Part shown: piece after piece, positions 16,205-24,780 of the stretch
Layout of the letters: every line of letters begins with the position of its first letter
Position numbering within the stretch: position 1 is the first letter of the stretch
Source of the DNA: an uncultured virus (IMG/VR IMGVR_UViG_3300031774_000002)
Taxonomy: Duplodnaviria > Heunggongvirae > Uroviricota > Caudoviricetes
Reading direction: 5' to 3' (one strand)
Virus record (IMG/VR): IMGVR_UViG_3300031774_000002
DNA length: 64,000 nucleotides
Notes under the pieces: model-generated
The model's input: the letters and a program-made list of their open reading frames with translations, nothing else
Database searches by the model: none
Told to the model about the DNA's origin: nothing
Translations under genes and position numbers: made by a program

Positions 16205-19200
16205 TAACCTATCGATCCTGTAGTATATAAAGCTGTGGTTGTAAATGTACCGTTAGACCACGCTATAGTTGTATTTGCGACTGTGTCACTAGACACTATA
16301 TTTAGCGGAACTTTATAGTAAACTCCTGCACTTTTTTGTATTATTATCACACCACCATTAGCAAATTGAGACTCCATAGCTGAACCAGTACCAGTAATAT
16401 TGAATGATCCATTTGTAAAGGTGAATGTTCCAGTCGCATTTTTTCTAAATGTATTGTTTGCTGATAATATCACATTCAAATTAGTATTTGAGTGAGACTT
16501 AAACTTACCGAACATTTTTTGACCTGCTGGATGAGCAAGTTTCATTGCAACTTCTTTATACCTTTTCAAACTTAGAGGAACAGCTAGTTGATATGAAAAC
16601 TCTTGATAAAAGTCACTATCTTGTATAAAGCCACGCTTGGTTGAAATGTGACTTCTTGATGTGGCATAATATCCTTCTGAGTTTGCAGCATTTTGTAGTT
16701 TAAGTCTAACAACAGCTTGTGTTGAATCAACTCTTCCTGTGCTTTCAACTTTTACTTCTTCATTCTGATCATGTGAAAATCCAGAGTCAGCAACTCTTAA
16801 TCCAGTTATTGTACCGTTTGCACCAACATCTGCACGGATGTTTGCGTTCTGTCCTAATATTCCTCTGTCAACAACCTTGACAATTTTAACTGTAGTGGTG
16901 CTATCAACAGATCTTGTGTCAGTAGTTCCAGGAACATATGAAGAACTAAACTTCTTAATTGTTGCGTTGGTATTGTTAGCAAATGTTTTTCCATTCGGGA
17001 ATCTTTGCAGTGGTGGTTGCCAAACTCTTATTACTGTTTCAAACTGACCATTAGAATAAGAAGTTACAGTGGGTGCACCATAAGTCGATCCTGCTTTAAT
17101 ATCACCAGAAGCACCTGAAGAAGATTGTAATATTCCATCATTTGTATCGACAGTAACATTTGATTCTGTGCCAGATTGTATTGTGAGGAATTGTTCACCT
17201 ATACCCAAAGAAGCAATACCAGATTCAGTAACATCAACTTTGGGTGCTACTGTGAAACCACTACCACCCACACGCCCAGATAATTGATCAATAGTTCCAA
17301 ATGTTTGTGTTTTAAATACTAATGAATCTTCTAGTTTACTGTATACTGTTTCAAGTTCTGTATTTGAAGTTGAAAAGTGGACATTACCTACAATTGTAGA
17401 TGAACCAACCTTTCTTACACCATCGCGTTCGACAAATCCTTGTAATGGACCAAAATCAAATTGATTAGATAGATTAGCACTATTGTTGGCACTAACACGG
17501 CATTTTACAACATGTCTAAACACACCACCCTTACCATATGCTGCACCACTTAAAGCTGGGCTAAATGCTGGAGTAACAACTATGGTATTGTCATCAGTAA
17601 CACTAACAACTCTACGCGAAGGAGCTTGACCACCAGCCTTAATCACATCGCCACGCCCAAATACTGTGCCTATATTAGTGCTAGTTACATTGTTAGATGA
17701 ACTGTTTACAGTATTAGATTGAACAACATTTGCTGTAGTGTTGTGCTCATAAAGATATGGAGTAGTGCTTATAACTTTTTTAACAACACCATAACTGTAA
17801 ACTTCTTCACCAGTTAATGTTGTATCAGCAGTATTTGCGTAAAAGTTTGTTGTGCTGACAATTTCATCACCTAAAGCTACAGTCTGTCCACCAGTATTCG
17901 CCACATCTAATATGTGATACCCAATGGTATTTCCAGCAAATGATGTTACTTTACCTGCCGAAGAACCAGATGTGTTGACTATAAGTAATGTTTCGCCAGT
18001 CCCAAATGCATCTGTAACAACCTTTTGGTACTCAGTTGCTGTAGCTGCAGTTTCAACTTGAAACCCCCAAGCAAAGATATGTTTAGTAATATCGCCTTGA
18101 TAACTGATAACATTCGATCCATCAGTCATGTTCAATTGCACATTATGCGATCCACTACCAGATGTGGTTCCAGTCATAGTGACACGATACCAACCATTAC
18201 CAACATCCTTAATCGAGCTTGTTAGATCACCATGAGTTGAAACAATTGTTCCGTTTTGTAAATTAAATTTTACAGCAGGAAATGCACCGCCAGTGCTTAA
18301 TCTTAGTGCAGCATTTCGATCACTTGAACCAGCTTTTAAAAATACAGAAGTTGTATACTGTGTACTGTTTTGTAGAAATGATGAAGCGAGAGTAATAAGG
18401 TGTGAATTATCTGACGCATCTTCTACAATCTTTTCAGCAGTTAAAGTACCATTTGGTGCTAATGTTTGGTTTGCAATAGCACCACACCTTAAATCATTCC
18501 AATAATTATTATCTAATTCTTCTGAATAATTCACACGATTGCGTATACTTGTGATAAATTTTCTGTATCCATCTGTAGTAAATTTGCCAGCACCATCAGT
18601 AGCATCTGTTATTGCTGTGACGGTAGCATTTGCTCCACTAGACACACCATATAATGAAGCACCAACACCTATTGTCAATGTGTTCGCTACATGCAAAGAT
18701 GATTCTACATTATCTCTGAATAGACCGTTGTTTGTAACTTCATTTGATTCTCTAAATCCAAGAGTTGGTGAACCAATAATAGTGTTAGCAAATGTTGCCA
18801 TTTTGCGTGTTGAATAATCAGCATTAAGTATATCTGGAGCATTGAAACCAAAGATAGTATTAGAACCTAACAATGTGACATTTGTTGAAATAGCAAATGT
18901 CTCATCTATATCTGATCCTGTTATTGTAAACGATGCAGCTGTATCTCCATCACCGCCACTGATTGTGACAACTGAGCCACCTTGATTTGGGTCTGACGAA
19001 ACTTCTGTGTAACCAGAACCACCGTCTATAAGAGTAAATGTCAATGAACCATTAAGATCTACAGTATCAGTAACAACAACTTTACCAAAGTCACCTATTT
19101 TGTCTGACTCTAATTTAACAATATCTCCTGCTTGGTATTTTGCTCCAGGTGAAACAATTTCAATTCTGTGTATACCAGCATCAACAATTGCAGAATGACC

Positions 19201-19815
19201 AGAACCATCAGTATCTGACAATAATCTAATTGGCTCTAAGTGATTGAATGAACCTTTAATATTTGATACATTAATTTGCATCAAATCCCTGCCTTTAACA
19301 ATGCGACCTACCACATCTTCAACAAGAGCTTGGGCATTCGATTCAGTGCCAACAATTGTTTTTCCTATAAAGTCATAATTATTTTGATTGTAGTTTGTTA
19401 CTAGGTAGCGATCAAGTTGCCAATCGCCATCAGATATTTTCAACATCTGATCAGCAGGAAAATTAACCTCAACATCTTCATTGTAAATTGCCCTGAACAT
19501 TAACTTATAAGAAGCTAATGAGCCACGAGTTTCGTTATAATATTTTACATACTTTGCCATTAACCGCTTATCAGATAACACATCATGCGGTACTGATGGG
19601 AGGAGTGTTTCTTGGAAATGAGTTAAATACTGATCTAAAGTTGTGTTTATATCTTTGTAATCTTCTAGATTTTGTATGGCTTCGGTCAACTTTCCATTCT
19701 GCTCAAGGTACTCATAATATCCTTCAATAAAAGCAAGGAAATTTTGCCCTTCTTCCTTATAGAAGTCTGGAAATTGATTCGCGACCTGCGTAGATAACTT
19801 TGATTTTATTGTCAT
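16204..19815 (-). CDS. gp7: Baseplate wedge initiator, gp7-like, with inserted domains
   Basis: N-terminal QFPDFYKEE..FLAFIEGYYEYLE; C-terminal IQDSDFYQEFSYQ...HPAGQKMFG; lies between gp6 and gp8. Confidence 0.85.
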   Translation of the reverse strand: MTIKSKLSTQVANQFPDFYKEEGQNFLAFIEGYYEYLEQNGKLTEAIQNLEDYKDINTTLDQYLTHFQETLLPSVPHDVLSDKRLMAKYVKYYNETRGSLASYKLMFRAIYNEDVEVNFPADQMLKISDGDWQLDRYLVTNYNQNNYDFIGKTIVGTESNAQALVEDVVGRIVKGRDLMQINVSNIKGSFNHLEPIRLLSDTDGSGHSAIVDAGIHRIEIVSPGAKYQAGDIVKLESDKIGDFGKVVVTDTVDLNGSLTFTLIDGGSGYTEVSSDPNQGGSVVTISGGDGDTAASFTITGSDIDETFAISTNVTLLGSNTIFGFNAPDILNADYSTRKMATFANTIIGSPTLGFRESNEVTNNGLFRDNVESSLHVANTLTIGVGASLYGVSSGANATVTAITDATDGAGKFTTDGYRKFITSIRNRVNYSEELDNNYWNDLRCGAIANQTLAPNGTLTAEKIVEDASDNSHLITLASSFLQNSTQYTTSVFLKAGSSDRNAALRLSTGGAFPAVKFNLQNGTIVSTHGDLTSSIKDVGNGWYRVTMTGTTSGSGSHNVQLNMTDGSNVISYQGDITKHIFAWGFQVETAATATEYQKVVTDAFGTGETLLIVNTSGSSAGKVTSFAGNTIGYHILDVANTGGQTVALGDEIVSTTNFYANTADTTLTGEEVYSYGVVKKVISTTPYLYEHNTTANVVQSNTVNSSSNNVTSTNIGTVFGRGDVIKAGGQAPSRRVVSVTDDNTIVVTPAFSPALSGAAYGKGGVFRHVVKCRVSANNSANLSNQFDFGPLQGFVERDGVRKVGSSTIVGNVHFSTSNTELETVYSKLEDSLVFKTQTFGTIDQLSGRVGGSGFTVAPKVDVTESGIASLGIGEQFLTIQSGTESNVTVDTNDGILQSSSGASGDIKAGSTYGAPTVTSYSNGQFETVIRVWQPPLQRFPNGKTFANNTNATIKKFSSSYVPGTTDTRSVDSTTTVKIVKVVDRGILGQNANIRADVGANGTITGLRVADSGFSHDQNEEVKVESTGRVDSTQAVVRLKLQNAANSEGYYATSRSHISTKRGFIQDSDFYQEFSYQLAVPLSLKRYKEVAMKLAHPAGQKMFGKFKSHSNTNLNVILSANNTFRKNATGTFTFTNGSFNITGTGSAMESQFANGGVIIIQKSAGVYYKVPLNIVSSDTVANTTIAWSNGTFTTTALYTTGSIG

Positions 19816-21587
19816 TAAACTTGCTCACCAAATACATTAATGATAGCTTCATTTGAGTTCATTACCAAAATTTGCTCTCTTACAGCTACAATATCAAAGT
19901 TCTCAGGAGACGCAGATACCTTCACTTGTATGTCTGAAAATGCTGTTGGTTCAAAATTTTGAAGTTCAACAATACCGTTTGTGTAGTCAATTGTTCCAGC
20001 AGAAGCGACAATATTTACTTTTTCTTTCTGTTCACTAAAACGGAATATTGTTACTGTACCAGCTCCATCATCACCGAGTTGTGCTGGAAACCCATTGTAT
20101 GTAAACTGAGTAGAATTTAGTGATGATGGTCTGATCTCGTTATTGAACTTCAATTTAACATTAGTTGCATTATTGATATCAGGAACAAATCTTTTCTCAA
20201 TAGAAATTGCTGCATCTGTATTTAAAACTGAACCTTCTGAAGTGTTATCTAAAGCTCTAACAAACCTTGAATATCTTAATCTGTTTCCAAACCTTTCTAA
20301 ATTTGATTCAGAAAAAGTTTTTATTGCGTCTCTAATATTTGATGCAATACCATCATCAGTCAAAACTGTTCTTGTCAAATCATAATTAACTGTTACTGTA
20401 GGGACAAGATATGTATAGTCTGCGTCTATAATAACAGGATCTATAGCCAATGGTGTTCTATCTTTGATAGAATCCTTCAACTTTTGTTTTCTTGTTATTG
20501 TAGCAAACTCTTCATTAAATGGTTTAATAGCAATATAAACTTTACCAAATGTGGGTGGATCAAAATCCTCTCCACCAAAAGCAATAACTGATTGCAAGTC
20601 TGAATTCTCGCTTAATATAATACGATCATAATCGTTCGATACTACAGCTCTGTTTTGAGTTTGGAAATTTCTAGGTGCATTAAATTTGATTGAATCAACG
20701 CTTTCTTGGAACCTACCACCTGACGACTTTCTTTCGACAGAAGTGATAGTTATAGTCGGTGCAGGAGTTAGACCAGTAAAAACACTTTCTACAGAAAATG
20801 TAGAAGCACCATCTGTTTCATTACCATTACAAACCAAATAATCTGCGGTTATAATATTTCCACCAACCACAGACTTGCCCAGACTGCCCTGACCAAAAAT
20901 TATTTCATATTTCCCATCTGCTGACTCTTCTAGGAAAAATACTGGTGATGTTTTAAAAACTTGATTTACATTGGTAGCTCTTGTGTATTCAGTCACAGCA
21001 GTATCTGTTGAAGAGTTTTGCACCTTAACTGAAATACTAGATGTGTCTACACCAGTGTTTGGTATAATATAACGAACAGGATTAGTTGTGCTAACAGTCC
21101 AAGAATGTGATAATGGTTCGCCTTCTTTTATTGTTATCAGTTTTGTGAATGTGTTAGCAGATGATCTATCTACTTTGATTGCTTGTGGAGCAACATATGT
21201 GTATGTAACATCATCGACTGTTGTTGTAAACTTAGAATTTTTTGGTATTGTTACTTGTGGAACATCGCCAGCCACACCTGTGAATTGTATGTTTACATCT
21301 GCTTGTGAACCGATAGATGAAGCAGGAACATAACCAAGTTCTTTTGCACGAGAAACAACTGAGTCTCTTTGCTGTGCAGTATCTAAGAACATCTCATTTG
21401 CGACCATGTTTAGATAATATGCATTATAATGAGTGTTGTATGCCAGAACATCAAGTAAGACTGACATAGCAGAACCTTCAAAATTATAATCTGCGAATTT
21501 ATCTTGTGATGAGAGATATGATTTCAGATTTGTTCTGATCTCTTCAAAATCTAATTCTGTAACTTTTAAATATGTATTTGCTGACAT
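19815..21587 (-). CDS. gp6: Baseplate wedge subunit gp6
   Basis: ELDFEEIRTNLKSYL..DYNFEGSAMSVLLDVLAYNTHY; QNRAVVSNDY. Confidence 0.95.
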   Translation of the reverse strand: MSANTYLKVTELDFEEIRTNLKSYLSSQDKFADYNFEGSAMSVLLDVLAYNTHYNAYYLNMVANEMFLDTAQQRDSVVSRAKELGYVPASSIGSQADVNIQFTGVAGDVPQVTIPKNSKFTTTVDDVTYTYVAPQAIKVDRSSANTFTKLITIKEGEPLSHSWTVSTTNPVRYIIPNTGVDTSSISVKVQNSSTDTAVTEYTRATNVNQVFKTSPVFFLEESADGKYEIIFGQGSLGKSVVGGNIITADYLVCNGNETDGASTFSVESVFTGLTPAPTITITSVERKSSGGRFQESVDSIKFNAPRNFQTQNRAVVSNDYDRIILSENSDLQSVIAFGGEDFDPPTFGKVYIAIKPFNEEFATITRKQKLKDSIKDRTPLAIDPVIIDADYTYLVPTVTVNYDLTRTVLTDDGIASNIRDAIKTFSESNLERFGNRLRYSRFVRALDNTSEGSVLNTDAAISIEKRFVPDINNATNVKLKFNNEIRPSSLNSTQFTYNGFPAQLGDDGAGTVTIFRFSEQKEKVNIVASAGTIDYTNGIVELQNFEPTAFSDIQVKVSASPENFDIVAVREQILVMNSNEAIINVFGEQV

Positions 21588-21979
21588 TACCTGACTCTTT
21601 CTAGTATGATGTCCAGTACAACTGGGTTAGGATCATTAATTATCATAAAAGCTACTGATAAAATTAATGAATGCGACTCTCTATTTTCTTCAACTAATAC
21701 TTCAACAACATCAGCTCTTGGTTCAAAGTTTTTAATTACTTCTCGTATTGATGCTTCCATTTGTTGTTTTACAGCTGGGGAAAATAACTCAAATAACTGA
21801 TAGCGTATGCTACACCCAATGTTTGATTTGAATGGTCGATCATAGTAATCTGTAAGAATAAGTGATTTCACAGATTGACGAACAGCTTCTCTGTTTGTCT
21901 TCCGTGTCAGCTCTCCTGTCGCTGGATGGGGTATAAACCCCAACGAAATATCACTAAACAATTCTTTCTTTTTAAGCAT
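21587..21979 (-). CDS. gp25: Baseplate wedge subunit gp25
   Basis: SDISLGF.PHP...AVRQSVKSLILT...RPF...GC...FEPR. Confidence 0.9.
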   Translation of the reverse strand: MLKKKELFSDISLGFIPHPATGELTRKTNREAVRQSVKSLILTDYYDRPFKSNIGCSIRYQLFELFSPAVKQQMEASIREVIKNFEPRADVVEVLVEENRESHSLILSVAFMIINDPNPVVLDIILERVR

Positions 21980-21991
21980 ACTGCCAACTTA

Positions 21992-22159
21992 TTAGGTGTT
22001 TTTAGATTCTTGTATTTCTTTCCGTCTATCTTTACACAGCTTTGATATTTCTGCTAAAGCCTTTCTTGCTCTTGTTCCAGCAGACTTATTGCCTTGACTG
22101 AATTTTTCATTCTCAGCATTATACAGCTCAAATAAACTAATTAAATTATCATGTATCAT
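21992..22159 (-). CDS. Small basic histone H1-like (Hc1-type) protein, 55 aa
   Basis: Below the track cut-off; MIHDNLISLFELYNAENEKFSQGNKSAGTRARKALAEISKLCKDRRKEIQESKNT; late promoter upstream. Confidence 0.75.
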   Translation of the reverse strand: MIHDNLISLFELYNAENEKFSQGNKSAGTRARKALAEISKLCKDRRKEIQESKNT

Positions 22160-22169
22160 AAAATAAACC

Positions 22170-22198
22170 TTGACTTATAATTAAAACTCATGTATACT
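22170..22198 (+). promoter_or_regulatory. Sigma70-like promoter, antisense to the late genes
   Basis: TTGACT-17 nt-TATACT. Confidence 0.55.
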
Positions 22199-22229
22199 AG
22201 AGATGTTGCTTTCTAAGTATTAGATCATC

Positions 22230-22237
22230 TATTTATA
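22230..22237 (-). promoter_or_regulatory. T4-type late promoter TATAAATA
   Basis: tatttata on + strand in the gap upstream of the Hc1-like gene and gp25. Confidence 0.75.
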
Positions 22238-22243
22238 ACGCCA

Positions 22244-22627
22244 CTAATCAATATTTTTACTCTTATAATCTTCAATTGCAGCTTTAATTGCATCTTCAGC
22301 TAAAACAGAGCAGTGGATCTTTACTGGTGGAAGTGCAAGCTCTTCTGCGATATCGCTGTTTTTGATTGTTGTTGCATATTCGAGACTTTTACCTTTGACA
22401 TATTCTGTAAGGAGACTACTAGAAGCGATAGCAGAACCACAACCATAAGTTTTAAAACGAGCGTCTTCAATTATTCCTTCTCCATTAACATCTATTTGTA
22501 ATTGCATTACATCACCGCATGCTGGTGCACCAACCATACCAGTGCCAACACTTTTCTTATTTCTATCTAGCTTACCTACATTTCTTGGATTCTCATAATG
22601 ATCCATAACTTTATCACTGTATGGCAT
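22244..22627 (-). CDS. iscU: Fe-S cluster scaffold protein IscU
   Basis: YSDKVMDHYENPRNVG, GAPACGDVM, FKTYGCGSAIASSS, LPPVKIHCS; all three Cys present. Confidence 0.97.
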   Translation of the reverse strand: MPYSDKVMDHYENPRNVGKLDRNKKSVGTGMVGAPACGDVMQLQIDVNGEGIIEDARFKTYGCGSAIASSSLLTEYVKGKSLEYATTIKNSDIAEELALPPVKIHCSVLAEDAIKAAIEDYKSKNID

Positions 22628-22630
22628 ATT

Positions 22631-22915
22631 TTATCCTCCAGCAAAAACATTAGATGAGCCTGCTGCGACAGAAGTGCATGTTGGATCACCCACTCTACCA
22701 CATGCTTTTCCATTCACAAAAACACTACCAGATCCAGATCCAATTGGAGCAGCATGTCCAGGACAAGGAGATCCAGGAAGCAGATGACCAGTATTACTGT
22801 CGCCTACTCTTGACACAGCAATACCATTAGCAAATACATTACCGCTTCCTGCAGCTTGAACCATTCCTGAGCAATGTACTGCATTAGCATCACCTATTCT
22901 TGCAACTGCTGGCAT
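22631..22915 (-). CDS. PAAR-domain spike tip protein (gp5.4-like)
   Basis: MPAVARIGD..HC, NVFANGIAVSRVGD, VFVNGKACGRVGD repeats. Confidence 0.92.
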   Translation of the reverse strand: MPAVARIGDANAVHCSGMVQAAGSGNVFANGIAVSRVGDSNTGHLLPGSPCPGHAAPIGSGSGSVFVNGKACGRVGDPTCTSVAAGSSNVFAGG

Positions 22916-23109
22916 TATTTTGTCTCCCTATTCATAAGTTGCTTTAGCTTACCTTCCCATTGAGCATTTAATCTATGTTCTTCCTCAGTATGTGGGGGTG
23001 GTATTATCTCTGGACTAAACTCTATCAAATTATCAAATGACCATGGTATATCTTCAAATATACTATATGTCTCGACTATCCCTTTGTTTAAAATCACAAA
23101 CTTATGCAT
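22915..23109 (-). CDS. Hypothetical protein adjacent to PAAR
   Basis: 64 aa, overlaps both neighbours; FEDIP..FDNLIEF.P.IIPPPHTEEEH. Confidence 0.7.
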   Translation of the reverse strand: MHKFVILNKGIVETYSIFEDIPWSFDNLIEFSPEIIPPPHTEEEHRLNAQWEGKLKQLMNRETK

Positions 23110-23554
23110 TTAAATAACCAGTCAACCAACTTACAAAGCCATTCATATCATTATTTACTTGTTGAGTCAGTGTAAATGTTTGCGTCTGGCTAGTATTATA
23201 TGTCACAGTTACAGTATATGATTTTGTTTTAAATGCGCTGTTATCAGTTACAAATTTTATAATGTCTTTGTTCGGTGGAACATTTCCAGTACCGTTTACA
23301 ATTGTTGGCGTTTCTAATAAATCACTTGATCCCTTTGTCACATAATACACTTGTTCATTAAATGCTGCATTGTATTGTCCGCTAATCGTTGCGCCATTTA
23401 AAGTGATGCCAGAGTCTACACCAGTTCCGCTTATGACAACAGAATTAACTGTTTCTCCTAAACCACCTGTTGCGGTGACTGTTTGTGTAAAATTTGTATC
23501 TCGTGTTACCGCAGTCAAACCAGTAGCAGGCAAAGGCGATAATGTAATAGCCAT
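23102..23554 (-). CDS. Thr-rich, probably beta-rich protein between gp5 and PAAR
   Basis: 150 aa, start overlaps the gp5 stop. Confidence 0.65.
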   Translation of the reverse strand: MAITLSPLPATGLTAVTRDTNFTQTVTATGGLGETVNSVVISGTGVDSGITLNGATISGQYNAAFNEQVYYVTKGSSDLLETPTIVNGTGNVPPNKDIIKFVTDNSAFKTKSYTVTVTYNTSQTQTFTLTQQVNNDMNGFVSWLTGYLNA

Positions 23555-24495
23555 TAGTTTAGATCAATCCTTCCTGCATCCATATCAATAGCAGAGCCAC
23601 CATTTATATCCATAGAAGCAGCAGATGTTTTCTGCTTTCCAGTATAATCTTCAGTCACACTACCACCAACTTCTTCAACTATATTGTCAGTGATCTTTGT
23701 TGTTTTACTTTTACTGTATGTTTCTACAACCTCACCGCCAATAGTTTCGTTCTTATCGCCTGTCACATTAATGTTCCAATTACCACCAATAGTTGTATTG
23801 CAGTCTTGGTCAATAAACAGATTACAAACACCTTTAATATGAACATCATTATTTGAAGCAACAACAGTGTAATTGTTATTAATAATGTGTGTTACCTTGT
23901 CACCGTTTGGATGTATTTCGTAGAATGTTCCGCTTCTATGCCTTTCTCGAATTCGCTCTGCATCAACAGTATCATCATATTCTTTGATATGACCAGACTC
24001 TGATTCATAAACATGATTATATGGATACACTGCAGCATAAGGAACAGCAGGCTCAGGTATGGTTGTGTCAGGTGTATGTGGTTTAGTATTTTCACCACGA
24101 GCTAATTTATTGACATCAGGTATGTTAGCTTCTAGTGGATATTTTCCATTCGGATCATTAAATCCAAGATTTGGATCAGAGAGATTTGTCGGAATACCTG
24201 ATAATGTTCCAAGTATCATTGGCTCTTGAGCACGATCACCATCGGCAAAGAATCCTACTACCCATGTTCCTTCAAGCATTCCAGTCGGTGACTTACCGAA
24301 GCCACTCATTGCAGCAGAGTCTATATTATTGACAGGAATAGCCCATGGCAATTCACTTGTTGGTATTGCGTCTAATGACTCTGTGTGCCACCCATACGCA
24401 CGCACGCGAACACGACCCAGCTGTACTGGATCGTTTCTGTCCTCAACAACTCCAAAGAACCATGTAAAATCTTCTCTACCAATGTAATCTCTCAT
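23554..24495 (-). CDS. gp5: Baseplate central spike gp5-like (OB-fold plus short beta-helix, no lysozyme domain)
   Basis: WFFGVVEDRNDPVQLGRVRVRAYGWH, YPYNHVYESESGHIKEYDDT, HRSGTFYEIHPNG; only 313 aa. Confidence 0.92.
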   Translation of the reverse strand: MRDYIGREDFTWFFGVVEDRNDPVQLGRVRVRAYGWHTESLDAIPTSELPWAIPVNNIDSAAMSGFGKSPTGMLEGTWVVGFFADGDRAQEPMILGTLSGIPTNLSDPNLGFNDPNGKYPLEANIPDVNKLARGENTKPHTPDTTIPEPAVPYAAVYPYNHVYESESGHIKEYDDTVDAERIRERHRSGTFYEIHPNGDKVTHIINNNYTVVASNNDVHIKGVCNLFIDQDCNTTIGGNWNINVTGDKNETIGGEVVETYSKSKTTKITDNIVEEVGGSVTEDYTGKQKTSAASMDINGGSAIDMDAGRIDLN

Positions 24496-24748
24496 TAATC
24501 ACCTTTGATTTTATTTTTAACCCAACCCATTGCCTTTGTCCATGATGCTTGTGAATTGGATTTTTTTGGAGCTAACTTTTTTTTCTTCCGCGTTTTGCTT
24601 TTGACTTTTTTGCTTTGGGTTGCTCGTCTAGTTGCTCAACATCATGAGTTGGCGTTTTGATTTCTTGTAGAAACTCAGGTTGCGGTTTTTTCGCAGGAGC
24701 TACTTCAGAAAGAAATTGTTTTTCTCGATCAGATCCAGGTATTGGCAT
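24495..24748 (-). CDS. Lys-rich small protein interrupted by a frameshift at an A8 run (58 aa in 0 frame, 84 aa with -1 shift)
   Basis: GAGGA RBS and ATG at 24748; TAG at 24572-24574; -1 frame continues to a TAA overlapping the gp5 ATG. Confidence 0.6.
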
Positions 24749-24780
24749 TGTTTAATCCTCGTTTGTTGTGTTTAATTTGT

